From NCBI RefSeq assembly GCF_009914755.1, contig NC_060936.1: DNA of 64,000 nt, one strand, 5' to 3'. A program made the translations under genes and the position numbers. Numbering within the stretch: the stretch's first letter is position 1; every line of letters starts with the position of its first letter. Below the pieces are notes generated by a model. It saw only the letters and a program-made list of their open reading frames with translations. It was not told where the DNA came from and searched no databases. The DNA comes from the human T2T-CHM13v2.0 reference genome, Homo sapiens. Positions 50,602 through 63,914 of this stretch are shown here, in pieces.

Positions 50602-50822
50602 TCGAATTGCCAGATTTAACAAAAAACAAAACAAAGAAACAACAGAACAAAACCAAACACAAGATGCCCGGCTGGATTTGAATTTCAGATAGACAACAAA
50701 TAATTTTTTGTAAGTATATCCTAACTGTTACATGGAGCATACTTATACTGAAAAAAAAATTATTTGTTGTTTATCTGAAATTCAAATCTAGCTGGGTGTC
50801 CTGTATTTTATCTGTAGCCCTA
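50602..50822. mobile_element. MER53 palindromic hAT-derived MITE
   Basis: ttgccagatttaacaaa...gatttgaatttcagatagacaacaaataatttttt...catacttatact...aattatttgttgtttatctgaaattcaaat...gtcctgtattttatctgtagcccta matches the self-complementary MER53 consensus. Confidence 0.9.
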
Positions 50823-52684
50823 ATACCAGGACTGTGGCTGGGTGGGCAGTGTCTGATCTGTAATGACAGCAGAGTCTTCAGTAAGAGTGGGGGCTGGGAA
50901 AATAAATTAATGGGTTGCAGAATGTATAGTGTTAATTAGATAATGCTTCCTGGAAAAGACGGATCTTGAGCTATTATTTACAGGGCAGTAGGGAAATGAT
51001 GTGGCCGCTAGCTGCAGAAAGAGCAACTCATATGAAAAAGAATGGCAGACCGGAGAGGCCAAGGCTCAGAGACACATGCACACACCAAATAAGGGTCTGT
51101 TTACTTTGACTGTAAAAGTGTATTACTTTTTGACTGCAACAATGTTTCATCTCCTGCCTAACATAATGACCAGTTTGGTTCCTGTCCTGGAAATAGAGAA
51201 AACGGTGCCACCTTCCCCACACACTTGAGTTGATCTGACATTGATAGTTTGAAAACTTTGGTTCCCCCAGGCAGTAAATTTAAGGAGCAACCCTGTCTTG
51301 AAAACGGAATTAGGTTACCAAAGACTTCCGGCAGTTGAGAATTTCTTGAAATCCAGAATATCATATTTTCCCAATAATGCCTTCTTGCGATCTCACACAT
51401 CATGCTTTTAAGGCCGATTGCTACTACTGTTAGGAAATTTACCTGTGATGGTCTCAGGTAATAGAAGTTGTGGATAAGTTGAAAATTGCCAGCCTGTTAA
51501 ATGGAATGATGTAGCAAAGAAAGGGCATTCTTTTTGAACACTTCCTCCAGGTGTGTGAGCGTTTCACACTCTGCATTTTCACAGTATCTTTGTGAAGGTA
51601 GCTCTGGGTTCTCTTGCACCCTGGAGAGGTAGGAACATGCCTAGTGCCCTCCTGTGAGTCTGTCCCCTCTCTTCTCTTATTAGGGGCATTTGCATTACAA
51701 ATCCACAGACCAAGCAACTCTTTTTAAAACATTTATGTTCAACTGCTTTTTTGAGTGCTTATCATTCCAGAGAATGTGAAGATACATGGCCCAAAACCTC
51801 CTCCCTCAATAGTGTCTTGAGTGCGGAGTCTGTGGGCTGTCCTGGGATGGGCCCTCACCTTGCTTTATTCCCACAGCACACCTCACTCCCAGATGAGGAT
51901 GTGCGCCTATGTGTGTCCCTGTGTGTGTGGAGGCTGAGACTGCAGGCACTTGCCCAATGCCCCATGTAGCACCACTGAGATTCAAGCTCATGTTTTTTTA
52001 TTTGAATGTCATACTTTCTACTTGCCAGGTTACTCCATCAAAACAGTGATAACAAACCAGGACAGGGCAGATGGTGCATAGTGGTGGCAGAATTGGACAG
52101 ATTTAACTGTTTCTTTAAGAAATATTTACTTTCTTGAGCATTTACTGCTGCCCTAAGAGACTAGCTTTGGGGTTTTCCTAGCTTCGCAGAAGTGTGGACG
52201 TTGATTCCAGCTTTTCCCAAACATTTTTGGCCTTGAAATGAAGCTGGGAACCATACTAGATCAAGCTCTCTGGCCGTGAGCCCCATGTCTGTGGGTTTGA
52301 ATGATCTAGAGAGGAACTGCATGCTCAATCAGAACCAGCAGGAAGCTGAGCAGGGTTAGAAGGCTCAGTCCCTCTGAGAGTAGGAAGAGGGCATACCTCA
52401 GGAGCTTGCCAAGTGCGCAGAGGTGAAAGGGAATGTGAGAGAGTCTATGGGGCAGGGGTGACATTTGAACAGGGAAGGATGCTGTGGCATAGATATCAAG
52501 GCTCGAACAGGCAGCTCCCCCTGTACGCCAGGCATTAACTGGATTGGTAGCTGGATTGCGAAGAGGTCCAGGAGCCCTGGAAGGAGGGCCACAAGGTGGA
52601 AGATTCTCGGTGAGCATAGGGCAGTGGCCACTAACCAACTGGTTCCAAAGTGTTTTAATGATGTAAGTGCTTAGTTAAATATTA

Positions 52685-52880
52685 AATGCTTTATTACACA
52701 TACTAACTCAGTAACTTTTACAAATAACCCGGAAGTTAGATTTTGTTAATATCTCCATTTCACAAATGTTGAAACTGAGGCACTGAGTGATTAAGAAACT
52801 TCTCTAAAATTGTAGCTAGAAAGTGGCACGGCTGGACTGGAACCATCTGTTTAACTTTGAAGGCTGTGCTCTTAATTACA
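52685..52880 (-). mobile_element. MIR
   Basis: atctccatttcacaaatgttgaaactgaggcactgagtgattaagaaactt...gctagaaagtggc. Confidence 0.75.
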
Positions 52881-53410
52881 AGGTGACTTTTGTCTCCTTA
52901 TGCAAATCGCCTGTTACTGTCTCTGCAGGTTGATCTAGGCTGGCCACTAGAAATAGTTCACTTCAAAATGATGACATGGAGGTGACTGAATGGGGTGGGT
53001 CATATGGTACAGCCGTGATCATCTGTCCCTGAGGTCCTAAAATGGAGTATGGTGAGATGTTTATGCTTTTGAACCTTCATGAACTTTTCCGCTCTTCCTT
53101 GGGCCAAATTCCAAGGTCCAGGACTTGGAGGAAGGGAAGTAGAAACCCACTCGCCTCCTCAGGACCCTGCCTGGCTACATGAAACCCCCATTAATCACCT
53201 CTGACGCCCGGGCTTGGTCTGTGAAGGAACGTGGGCCGTATGGCAGTGATGGGAGGAGGCTGAGATAGTGCTGAAGATGCACAGCCTCTGTGTTCCATTT
53301 AGAACCGCTGAAGCTCCCCAGGTGCACCAGGAGCCTTCCCAAGACCTGGATCCGCTGCAAGGTGATAGCCGTGGCTTGGTTGTCTGTGGGTGGAGCCGAG
53401 GAAGGCAGAG

Positions 53411-53610
53411 GTGTGCGTGTGTGTCTCTGTGTGTGTCATCTCTGTGTGTGTCTGTGTGTGTCTCTGTCTGTGCATCTCTCGTATGTGCCTGTGTCTCTAT
53501 GTAATGTGTTTGTGTGTACATTTCTGTGTGTCTGTGTGTCTTTGTAATGTGTGTGTGTGCCTATGTATGTCTCTGTGTTTGTGTGTTTGTGTGTCTATGT
53601 CTGTGTTTGG
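53411..53610. repeat. Degenerate (TG)n/(TC)n simple-repeat tract
   Basis: About 200 nt of interrupted gtgtgt/gtct units. Confidence 0.92.
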
Positions 53611-54109
53611 GCAAGACTGTGTTCCACCCCCTTCCCCAGGCTTGGGACAAGCTCACATTCCACAGGTCCTAGAGGAAATGTTTTTGCTGTCCAGGGCTTT
53701 GGGACAATGGGCTTGCTATGTTTTAAATTTTGGGCCCCAGGAAGAGAGTTGCCCCTGTGTTAGGATGGCTGTGGCTCAGTCACATACTCCCCCATTTCTC
53801 TTAGCCGGCCCCAGTGTGTGTCCTGGGGGCGTAGTCACTGCCCTTCCAAGCCTGGAGAATGACTGCATCGTCCACCGTGATGAAGTACAGGCTTTGCCAG
53901 GGCTTAGCAGGGGGAATTGGAAGGCCTTAAAAGGAACATTTAGAAATCAGGAGTCAAACGTGACTTGGACATTAAAACTTGATTTTGCATCCAGCTCATG
54001 ATAAGCATATAGCAGCATATACACAAATACATACAAAGCAGTGTGTATGTGGCAATCATTTGGTGCCTCACTCACCTCCAAGGCTTGTTAGGGGTGCCAT
54101 GATTTGAAC

Positions 54110-54425
54110 CATTTCACCTCTGCATTTTTGCTGGTGTCTCCCTCTTCTCAGAATGCTAGTCCTTTTTATAACCCTTTCCACTGGCTGGGGCCACAGACCT
54201 TACAGGACTAAGAGGCCATCTGACCCCCTTTCAATGAGTAGGGTGCTCCTCTTTGTGTAGGATCACACCGCAGTTTTAGCCTGTCTGAACTCTTGTTATA
54301 ATTCTTTGCTCCCCTATGTTCCTGGAGGGCAGAGACCAAGCCTTGCTCCTTGTACTACCTCCAAGGGTATGTGAGCCTGCCATGTGTATGCAGCTAGCAT
54401 CTGAATGGATGAATGAATGAACAAA
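54110..54425 (+). mobile_element. L2 3' fragment
   Basis: gttcctggagggcagagacc...gcctgccatgtgtatgcagct...tgaatggatgaatgaatgaa tail. Confidence 0.65.
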
Positions 54426-56869
54426 TGCACCCTTTCTCACCTCCCCACGAACACTGCACTTTCCCCGCATCTGTCAGTGAGGAATGAACTAAGTGAGATG
54501 TACCAGCACCCATGGTTGCCTGTCTTCCCGATCATACGGTTTACATTTGCAGTTCAGCATCCAGTGCTGTGTGCTAGGTACATCCACAGCATCACAGTTT
54601 CATTTCATGCTGCTGACAACTGTTTAAACTTATCCTTTCTGGAGGGAGATGGGGAAAGGAAATTAGGCTCCACATTTGTACCAGTAAAAAGCTTCAAGAG
54701 AGATCCTGAGTGCAGCGGGCTGAGGATCACAGAAGTTGGCAGGCTCTAGGCCTGATGTTCATAGGGTGGTATCCCAGGGCTTCCTCTGACCCAGTCAGTA
54801 GGAACACCGCTCCAGGACCAGAGAATCCTAGAGGACAGGAGCCCAGGACCCGTGGGGGCCAGTCTCATAGCTCCTGCCTTTGGGATTTGTGGGAGGGTTT
54901 GCCTTATGGGATTCCATTCTCTGAGCTCCATCCATGTGGCCAGGCCCTATGCCCTTTTTGCCTGACTCATGCCTGAGCTTGGACACTAAACCAGACCTGC
55001 CCAGTGATGTCCCTGGCCAGCTTCTACAGGAGGACACATCCCCACATTGGGAGCAGGTCCCAGACTCAGGTCTTGCCCTTTCTCTGTCCCCACCAGCTCC
55101 AAGGGGCTGTGCACTTGGTAGGCTGTTGGAGTATCACACCAGATTCCAGAAGAGGGGCCAGGAGCGGGAGGATTATGCCCTGGGGCCATTCTCACCGGAC
55201 TGTTGGAAACAGTCTTTGGTACCTGCTGAGAGAGCCAGTGCCAGCTGGGAAATCTGTGAGGTCTCCCTGAGGAAGCTTGTCCTAGAAACTGCAGTGAGGT
55301 GACTGTGCGGCAGGCCCACTCTCAACTCGAGGGGAGCCCCTCCTGCCTGCTGCAGGAGTGGGAGCGTGGGGCTAGCTGCCAGTGGGATGGCCCCAGCCGG
55401 AGGAGCTGGGCAGTGCAGCGAGGCGCCAGCTGTGCCTGACTCCTGAGGCCTTCTGCTCACCGGAAGGGGGGCAGGTCTGCAGCCCCTCCCCCACTGCAGG
55501 GCCAGGACAGGCCGTCCTGAGTGCTGGCCCTGAGGATCTAGACCCTTTGGATCCTATGTGCGGGGGACTTCCCAAGAGCTCCCGGCCCACGACTGAGTCA
55601 CGCGGCTTCTTAGCAACTTAGTCAATCCAAACGTGGAGGTGATTGGCATATGTAAGAACCCCCTTTCCCGTTGGCGTGTATGGTGTCTTCTCGCTGAGCC
55701 ACAGCACCTGGTTTAGGGCTACAAATAGTCTCCCCGAGGGAATGGGCTCATACGCCGGGTGGGCAAGGATTTCAAGTCGTCGGCACAAGAAGAGACACTA
55801 TATTAAGGCCTGGTTATGTTTAGAAGCCGTCCAGAGAATGTTTGGCATGCTGAATATAAACTCATGCTTCCGTCTGCTGCCACACTTTAAGATTTCTCCC
55901 AGAGGGACCCAGAGTGTGGGGCGCCCTGGAGAAGGAGCTGGGAATGTCTCGGGGGAAAGGTTCCTTCCTCGGGAACTGGGTGGCATGGGAGAGTAGCTTC
56001 AAGCTTGCTCATGGCTGGACTTCCCAGACACAGGGTGGGGCTGTTGGATGTTACCCGTCATGTCAGCATTCAGAGCCCGGCAGGAAAAAGCCTCCTTCAA
56101 AGTGAACCCAATTCCTAAAGTCCTCCTTAATGGAATTCCTCTTAGAGGCAGGCATCGACTGGCTAACTGGTATGATACTTTGGAGTTCAGTTAGCCCAGA
56201 ATGGTGAAGAAAATGGCTGTCACCCAAAACACACTGAATTGAAGGACGGTGGTGCCAGAAAAGACTGTGGGTTATCTTATCCAGCCCCTTCATCTATAAC
56301 ATGGGGAAACTGAGGCCTAATAGAGGATGGTGACCTGCTCTACTGATGGCATTCAGCACTACACCAAGGTCACGGGAGGGGTCTGCTCTAATAGCATGTT
56401 CCCATGGACTGGAAAACGTCAGAAGGGTAGAATACAATACAAACACCGTTAGGACTGAGATGTGGCCAGCATGAAGTCCCATGGTCCTGTGTGAGTGGAA
56501 CCTTGGTGTGGAAAGTGGCCCCTGGCAGCGTTGGGACATAGAGCAGTTTGGGTGGGGTTCTAACTGGGTATGGAATTTCAACAGACTCGCAGGGAGATTC
56601 TCTAGTACTGTCTCAATTGGAATCATCGTTTTTTTTAAAGTTAAGAAGAAAAATGGAAGGGCTCAGGTGAAATAAACATTTTACAAGCAGATGCTTGCCT
56701 CTGCCAGCCTGGGGGCATTTTGAGTAGGGGCGCAGCATGCAAAGCAGAGAAGAGCTCCCACGTCTGCCCCCTGCCCTCCTCCCCTCTGGAATTTTAGCCC
56801 CTGCTTGGCATTGCCATGGGTGTGAAAGGTGGTGTCTGGACTCAGGAGGAAGGTACTGCAGAGGGTAGG

Positions 56870-57030
56870 AAGAGCTCTGCAGTGGTCCCACGGATCTGGC
56901 TTTAAACCAGGAGCTCTTGCGAGTCTGGAGCTACGTGAGTTCTCTGAGCCTCTGTTTCTTCATCTGCAGAATGGGGATAGGATGGTTGTATGGGAGGAAC
57001 GCACCTTGCACAGTGTCTGGCACACAGCAC
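56870..57030 (+). mobile_element. MIR
   Basis: ttctctgagcctctgtttcttcatctgcagaatggggatagg...gcacagtgtctggcacacag. Confidence 0.7.
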
Positions 57031-57539
57031 CCTCCGAAAGGGGCTCTCCATGTACTAGGTGCTCAGGAAAGATTGCAATCTGACTAGGAGTTTTGAAATT
57101 TGTGATTTACTTAGTCTTGGGGAGGAAAGAAGAGTCGTTTTCCATGGATCAGTATGTGTAGATGTGGTTGCAGAGACAGTCAGAGAAAGAAATGGAGCCA
57201 GGACAAAGGGGTGGCCCCAGCATTCACGAAAGGTTTCAGAATTCCTTTTTGGGTTTTTGGCTATGACACCCCTCTTAGGAGTCATGTTTGTTCACTGTCT
57301 AGTGAGAAGGTGATCTTCTAGTAACCTCCTTTTGGGGGGCCTATAAGGAATTCCTTCTTGCTGTTCGTGCCTTCTCTCACAACACTAGTGTGAGACCAGA
57401 GACCCCACCTCACCTCCATCAGGTGAAGATCCAAAGCAGAGAGGAGTCCCTGACTGGACCTTCCCCAGGGGTGGGTTGTGATGAGATGAGTGATTATCAA
57501 CACTGAGTGAGGGGTGGTCATGGGCCAGATGCTGCTGAA

Positions 57540-57700
57540 GCCTTTACTTCCTAGCAGCCTTGTTAGGTAGGAGACTGTGACTCTCCCATTTTACAGATGA
57601 GGAAGTTGAGGTAGTAAACAGTCATATAACTTGCCCAAGCACACACAAATAGTGATGTTGCTTTGATTTCAGCCAGACAGTCTGGCTCCAGAATCTGTCT
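57540..57700 (-). mobile_element. MIR
   Basis: cccattttacagatgaggaagttgagg...taacttgcccaagcacacaca...cagacagtctggctccaga. Confidence 0.8.
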
Positions 57701-58304
57701 CTTTCATCTCTAAGCCTTTTAAGTAGCAGAAAGAGAAAGATCAAGGGGGCAATGGGGCCTGAATGTGTCCACAATGATGGCAAACAGAAGAGGAAGTGTG
57801 CTGGGCTGCGGGGCCATTGATGCCCATGAACTGAAGAGCCCGAATGCCTGGATGATGAATGGCTGGTCACCCCCTCATATGGGCAGCAGAGGCTGTCTTC
57901 AGGCTCGGCGGCTCAGCTGCCATTGGCCTGAATGGAGTCCTCTTTTTTCCAAGCCCTTTCCCCTGGACAATTGCTGAGCTCTGCCCCCTTTCGCAGGCAC
58001 CTCCCCATGTCGCAGGACACCAGAGTCTTCAGGTTGGAAGGACCCTGGAGGTCACCCTGTTTATTCTTCCACCTGACTCAGGAGTCCTTTGTAGCCTTCT
58101 TGGCAGGACCTGTCGAATCAAGCAAGGATGATGGAGAAGCCCTTGGATGTCCATCTAGTTGATAGAAAGTTCTTGTTCATAAACTCAAGCCGAAGGCTGC
58201 CCTGGAGCAGCTCCAGCCACTGGCCCTAGCCAGGCCCTCTGGTCTGTTCCCTCGGGCCCCTTCTGAAGGCAATTTCTGAGTGAACTGTTTCAGATACTCT
58301 AATG

Positions 58305-58530
58305 GAAGTTTCTTGGCCTTGGCCCTATTGACATTTGGGGATGGATAATTCTTTCTTGTCTGGGGCTGGCCTGTGCATGGTAGGATGTTTAGCAGTATCC
58401 CTGGCCTCTACCCACTGGGTACCAGTAGCAGTCACGCCGTACCCCCAGCTGTGATGACCAAAAATGTCTCCAGATACTGCCAAATGTCCCCTGGGGCGAA
58501 GGTGGCCGAAATCGCCTGGGTTGATCTGCT
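58305..58530 (-). mobile_element. MER20 (hAT-Charlie)
   Basis: ctattgacatttgggg...taggatgtttagcagtatccctggcctctacccact...accaaaaatgtctccagatactgccaaatgtcccctgggg is antisense MER20. Confidence 0.9.
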
Positions 58531-61500
58531 GTTCTAATTCTGCCTTGCCCAGTGCTCAGAGAGCAGCCCCCACCCCAGCCTCCGATGGCCATTGGCTGAA
58601 GCAAAACCATCTCCCTTCACCTGGCCTCTGCTGAAGCGGCCTGGAATAAACAAGGCAGCGGTCCCCAAGGCCACTTCCTGGCCCTGGAGGTGGTCTGGTT
58701 TCCTCAGTTGCCCTGTCAGCAATGGGTGGCATAGGGCCTGCCCCACCCTTCTGTCCTTCCTCTCCTCAAGGGTGGCTGATGCAGGAGTTGAGGGACCTTA
58801 GGGTCCAGGGCGTGGCTGGCAGTGGAGGGATGGGTTATTTCTAAGGTCTTTCCCACTTGTCCTTCCCCAGGGTGTGTCTGCAGTGATCTTCTCATTTGGT
58901 TGGTGTCTGCCATGCTGCAGAAGGGAAAACAGCATTGCACGCCTGTGTCCTGGCTTAGGGTCATGAGAGCGTGTTTCCTCCCATGTGGGTTCTGCAGGTG
59001 CTTCCTTGGGCTGCCCCTTTCCCTACCCCTACCCCTAAATACATGCCCACCACCTCTTCTGCACACCGTGGGTCTGGAAATTACCCAACAAGGAGACGGG
59101 AGCAAGGAAGAGACATCCCCAGGCTCTGGAAAGTCCTGAGGACAAAGCCAGGATTCCGGTCTTGTCAGGTTTTCTGTCTGCCCAGTGCAGAAGACCTTAG
59201 TAACCTGCCCTGTTATCTGTGTCCTGACTCAGAAATGTGTTGGTTGAAACGTCAGGCTTTCACCCAAAATGCAGCACAATCACCCTGTCCCTAGAGCCAC
59301 AAAAATTCCCTTTCTCTGTTTCCAGTTTGTTCTGTAGCAGCTTGGTGTGAAGACAGACAGTCTAGAGCATCATCAGGTGAGATGCTCACCTAATGTCCCA
59401 GACCTGCACTGTGGGCCTTGGCAGAGGCACCGACTTGAAGACATTACTTTCTTCTCCCACTCTCCTGCTCATTTGACGAGGTCTCCTAGGCTGCCTAAGG
59501 TTGTCAGAAGGTCTGTATGGTGAGACCTCAATTGACAGGCCCTCTGAAAATACAGTTACCCTGTAATTAAATTCTTATGCTAAAAAAAGTCTTCATCAAT
59601 CATACAAAATAAGCTGCCTGCATTTGATGTGTGTGGGTTGCAGGAAGATTTGGGGAAACGTGGTCGGGTTTGAAGACCTTCACAAGACATGCCAGGTGAA
59701 TTCTGTGTCGCTGCTGTCATCCCGCCTTTTCCAGTAATGGCCTCCTTTCTTTATCTTGGTGGGGAGATGCTGGTTACCCCCAAGGATGCTGAAATTAGCA
59801 CTGCATTATTTGTTGGGGGAAATAGACTCTGTGGACCGTTGAGTGTCTGGCAAAGAAAAATGAGTTCAGGACTAACCCTGACCTACCTCTTTGTTGTGAT
59901 ATAGGATCTGAAAAGGCCCCTTTGACCTCCAGTGTTGCCAATCTGTAAGACTGGATAATGATGTCACACTGACTTTCTCAGAGCAGTGGCGAGGACCAAA
60001 TCAGACTCTGCAAGACAAATGCAGTTTCAACTTATGAAGCATACACACAAGGGACTGATGGATTGTTATTGTGGAAGAAAAGGGGGGATTGTTATTTTAA
60101 GGAATCTTGTCCTTAAAGTAATCTTGGTTGAGCGCTCCACGTGCAAGGCAGTGTTCTGGGTGCTGGGGCGAGGTCACCTGTGGAATTGGCACCGAAGCAG
60201 GTCAGGTGGGAGGGAGTTTAGAGGAAGGCCACGTCACTCTGGTTGGGATGCTGGGGGCTGTTGTCCTGGAGAAAGTGGCCTCAGGCTGAGTCTGGCAGGT
60301 GGGTAGAATTTCCACAGGGAGAGATGCTGGCCTATGCAGAAGTTCTCACCCACCCTGCAAGTCTCCAAGGCCTGACTCACACAGCAGAGTGAGCCCCCCC
60401 TGGTGCTGGGAAATTCTGAAGCCCATGGGGACAACCTTGTCCCCCTGGCCGTGCTCTTATCCTCCCTACCTGTCCCATGCCAGGAGCGCTTCTATGCTGC
60501 TGCCTTGGAAGACTGTCCTAACAGGCGGCGCTGCCGCGCTCAGCACCTGGGCTGGGAAGAAGAGCACTTAGTTTGCCTCTTGGAGCCCTGGGGCTCCCTG
60601 CAGCAGGAGGTGGAGAGGGAGACGTGGAGGGTCTGCTTCCATCAAGTCAAGGTCCGAAGGGCCCCATGGAGGAGACGGGTCAGCAGCCTCTGCCCTTGGA
60701 TTTGCCAAGTGCCCCCCATTGTGTTGGGGCTCAGGGAGAATACTCCAGTTTGGAGGGCTTCCTGGAGGAAGTGGAGCATGACCCGTGCCTCAATCTAGAG
60801 GAGATTTGAAGGGGAGGCTGTCTGGGGGTGGGAGAGACAGTGCAGGCCCAGGGCTGAGATGGCCAGAGCCTGTTTGTGGGATTCTGATGAGATGGCTTGG
60901 CTGAGGCAGAGCTGTGTGGGGAGAGGCAGGGGAAGGAGATCAGGGCGGCTGGGAGCACACCTTCTGGTCCCGAATGCTGGGCTGTGGTGCTGCACTGTCC
61001 TGCCATCAGCAGTGGGCCTTCTGTGTGTGGCAGGATGAGACGCTAGTCATGTTTGGGTGTGATTAATCTGGCCACTGTGTTCACACAGGTTAGAGGAAGG
61101 AGAATCTGGAGACAAATGCCTGCCCAGCGACCACTGCAGGGTCCCGGGAGCTGGGTGAAAGTGGCAGAGCTGGGAGGTTGCTCTGAAATGCTGATGGGGA
61201 TGGAGTGGGGGCTGTCGGGAAGGACTGGATGGAGTCTGTTTTTCCAGAACCCCTTAACCCAGTGGAAGCCCCGCCTTTCATGTGGGCCCCGCACAGTTAG
61301 GCTGCCCGAGTCCCTCTGTCCTCGCACCCTCACCTGGCTCTCTTGCCTAAGCCTGTCACAGAAGCCCTGCAGAGCAGGAAACACAGAGCAGAAAGCCACG
61401 CACACAGCTTGTGTTTCCTCTGGCGCCTCTAGGTCGCTCTGCAGCCACCTGCTTGGAGTGGTGATAAGCCAAATCTTTCTTTAGAGGAGCGAAAACACAG

Positions 61501-62765
61501 CTAGCCAGGGCTGCAGCTATGACTGCAGCCTGTAGGGAAACGCCGGGAGGAACAGGAGACTGTTGAGAAGGGGACGGAGAACCTCACCAGCAGCTGAATT
61601 GAATTCCATCTTTGAGACCCAAGAGAGGGAAAATGCCTTTCCGCATGCATGCTCTCCTAGCTATGCTTGTAAGAAGTGCGTGCTTCTGGTTGGGAGAGCC
61701 CAGGAACGGAGTCCATCCTTTCTCCTGGCCTCCAGGGAGAGCCCAGACACTCCTGACCACAGACTGGCTTGTAATTTGGCTTTTCTGAGCATGGCAAGAG
61801 AATCCTGCATGTCACTTGGGCCTGACACCTGCTTTTGCCTTCTCCAGACACGGCAAGACTGGCCTTGACTTCTGGTTCCATTCTCGTTTCCCTGGGCTGC
61901 TCTCCACCTTCCAGGCTTAGCTGGAGTAACCATTTCAGAGCTGGTCGTTTCCCCGCAGCTTTAGATTCCATTTTGGTGAGGAAATTTACATTACCCAGGT
62001 GTGCACTTGGGCAGGCTGAGCGACCTGAGTGAAATGAAGCCAAATCCTGGAGGTGCAGGTGTGAGGATGGGTCTGGGTGTGGGGTGGGGTGGAGGGCTGA
62101 AGAAGGAGGCGTAACATTGTGTAAGGTTGGATATTAAACCTACTGCAGCAAAACCAACTCTGCCCGCTTCCCCGGGTATTTATCATGCTTACCTTCTACC
62201 GCACACACCGTCAGTGTGAACTATTGCATAGAAAAGGGTTTTCCAACATTGCCAGGTCAGAGCTGATTAAGCTTTCACTTAAGACCAAGAGTGGATTAAA
62301 CTTTGGGATCTGCCCTCCTCCGGAGGGGGAGAAGCTGGCTGATGTTCACTGACATGTGGCTGCATGGCCACATCAGTTGTTAAATATTGAGAAACTTCAG
62401 CTGTCCTGTGTCCCTGAGTGCCCATCCCCCATCCAGGACCTCCCACCCCCCCACATTTCCTCAGTGGAAGGCTGCTCCCTGGACTCATTTCGGTTGGTGG
62501 GTGCCACCGTGGTTCAGTATTTTCAGAAGTTCACTGTAGCCTGCAGGTTATGCCAAGTCCCTTGACACTGGGTCCTCATATTTCCTGCTGCTGTATTTTT
62601 TCCTTATGAGATAGAAATGAGACTTGTCAAAACCCTACTGACTCTGTTAGGCCCAGCCCAAATGTCACTTTGTCTACTAAGACTGCCCTGGTCACCTGTT
62701 TCTTGGCCCACCTGACACTTGGTTTATACCTCTTTTATGGAAAATTATATTTAACTTCCTATTAC

Positions 62766-62976
62766 AGCTATGGCTTGCAATGGGGGCGATTTTACCACCT
62801 GGGGACATTTGGCAGTGTGTGGAGACAGATTTGGTTTTCACAACTGAAAGGGGAGCTACTGGCATCTAGCGGGTAGAGGCCGGGGATGCTGCTGAAGAGC
62901 CTACAGTAGATGGGACAGCCCCACCCCAGAGAATGATCCAGCCCAATAAGTCAGCAGTGCTGAGCTGAGAGATCTA
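62766..62976 (+). mobile_element. MER20 (hAT-Charlie)
   Basis: gggggcgattttaccacctggggacatttggcagtgtgtggagaca...ctactggcatctagcgggtagaggccggggatgctgct. Confidence 0.9.
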
Positions 62977-63914
62977 CAAGCCTCCGTGTCTGTTCAGCTC
63001 CTTCCTGGGAGCTCCCAGAGGGCAGGACACAGCTGCTTGCATCTTGCCCCAACCCTCTCCTCCAGGCCCGCAACCCCCAGGAACCAGGGTGAGACATTGC
63101 ATTTAGTTGGACACTCAATAAATGGGGCTGAATTGAATTCATTTAGTTAAATGGAATCAAATCGAATTGAACCTAAGCTGCCCTGCAGATCGTTAGGCAA
63201 ATGCACCAATTACCTGGTGCAGTAGCTTAGTCTTTCCTTTGCTTCACAATCAAGAAGTGGCCTCCGTGACCTAGACTGGGGGCTTAGGGATGAGAGTGAA
63301 AATTGAAAATGCTTGCAAGCTGTGGCCTTGAGTGGTTTCAGACACTTCTCATTTATTGTGCATCTTAATGACACAAGTAACTCTCTGACCTTCTCGTCTC
63401 AAAAGTGATGGGGCCAAAAACAGCCACTGCCCCAACTGTCTGTTGAGGAAGGTTGGAAAAGTGCAGGACTGTCCAGAGTCTATACTGAGAGGCAGTGTGG
63501 TATGGAGCTGAGCTCCTCAGTGTTCTCACATTGGAACCCACAGAGAAGATGCTCCCATCTGAACTGTATGCCCAGGAAAGGGGGCAGGCAGGCGGCTGGC
63601 TCAGGCGCTGCCCTTGGCCCCAAGGCTGTGGGAGCAGAGCCTGTCACACCAGCAGTGCATTAGGGGCACACTGTTTGTGTGAGCACTCTGGTGAGGCAGA
63701 AAAAACATGACCTGAAGAGGCAGATGACCTCTGTGTGGCCAGCCCCTTCACCAGCGCTAGCTGTCTGACCCTGACCTGTGGGCTTGCCCTCCTCTGTAAA
63801 GGGGAATAGAAATTCTTCCCTGCGTCCAGGCAGGGGCTGGACTTGGTCAGCTTACGTGCCTCTCCCCAAATATACTAAGTGCTCTATATGCATTGCTCCC
63901 CTCCCCTCCACCTG

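Noticed and set aside
51585-51597. 13-nt microexon-like unit preceded by TGC
   Set aside because: Weak donor (GTAGCT), not a multiple of 3, no host gene evidence.
53390-54001. 203-aa Cys/Val-rich ORF
   Set aside because: Translation of a degenerate (TG)n tract.
60527-60556. REST/RE1-like half-sites (TCAGCACC; also 45199)
   Set aside because: The right half-site GGACAG is absent at the canonical spacing.
63530-63550. ATTGGAACCCACAGAGAAGAT resembles the U6 snRNA ACAGAGA-box region
   Set aside because: Only ~20 nt of similarity; flanks do not match U6; no A-tail or TSD.
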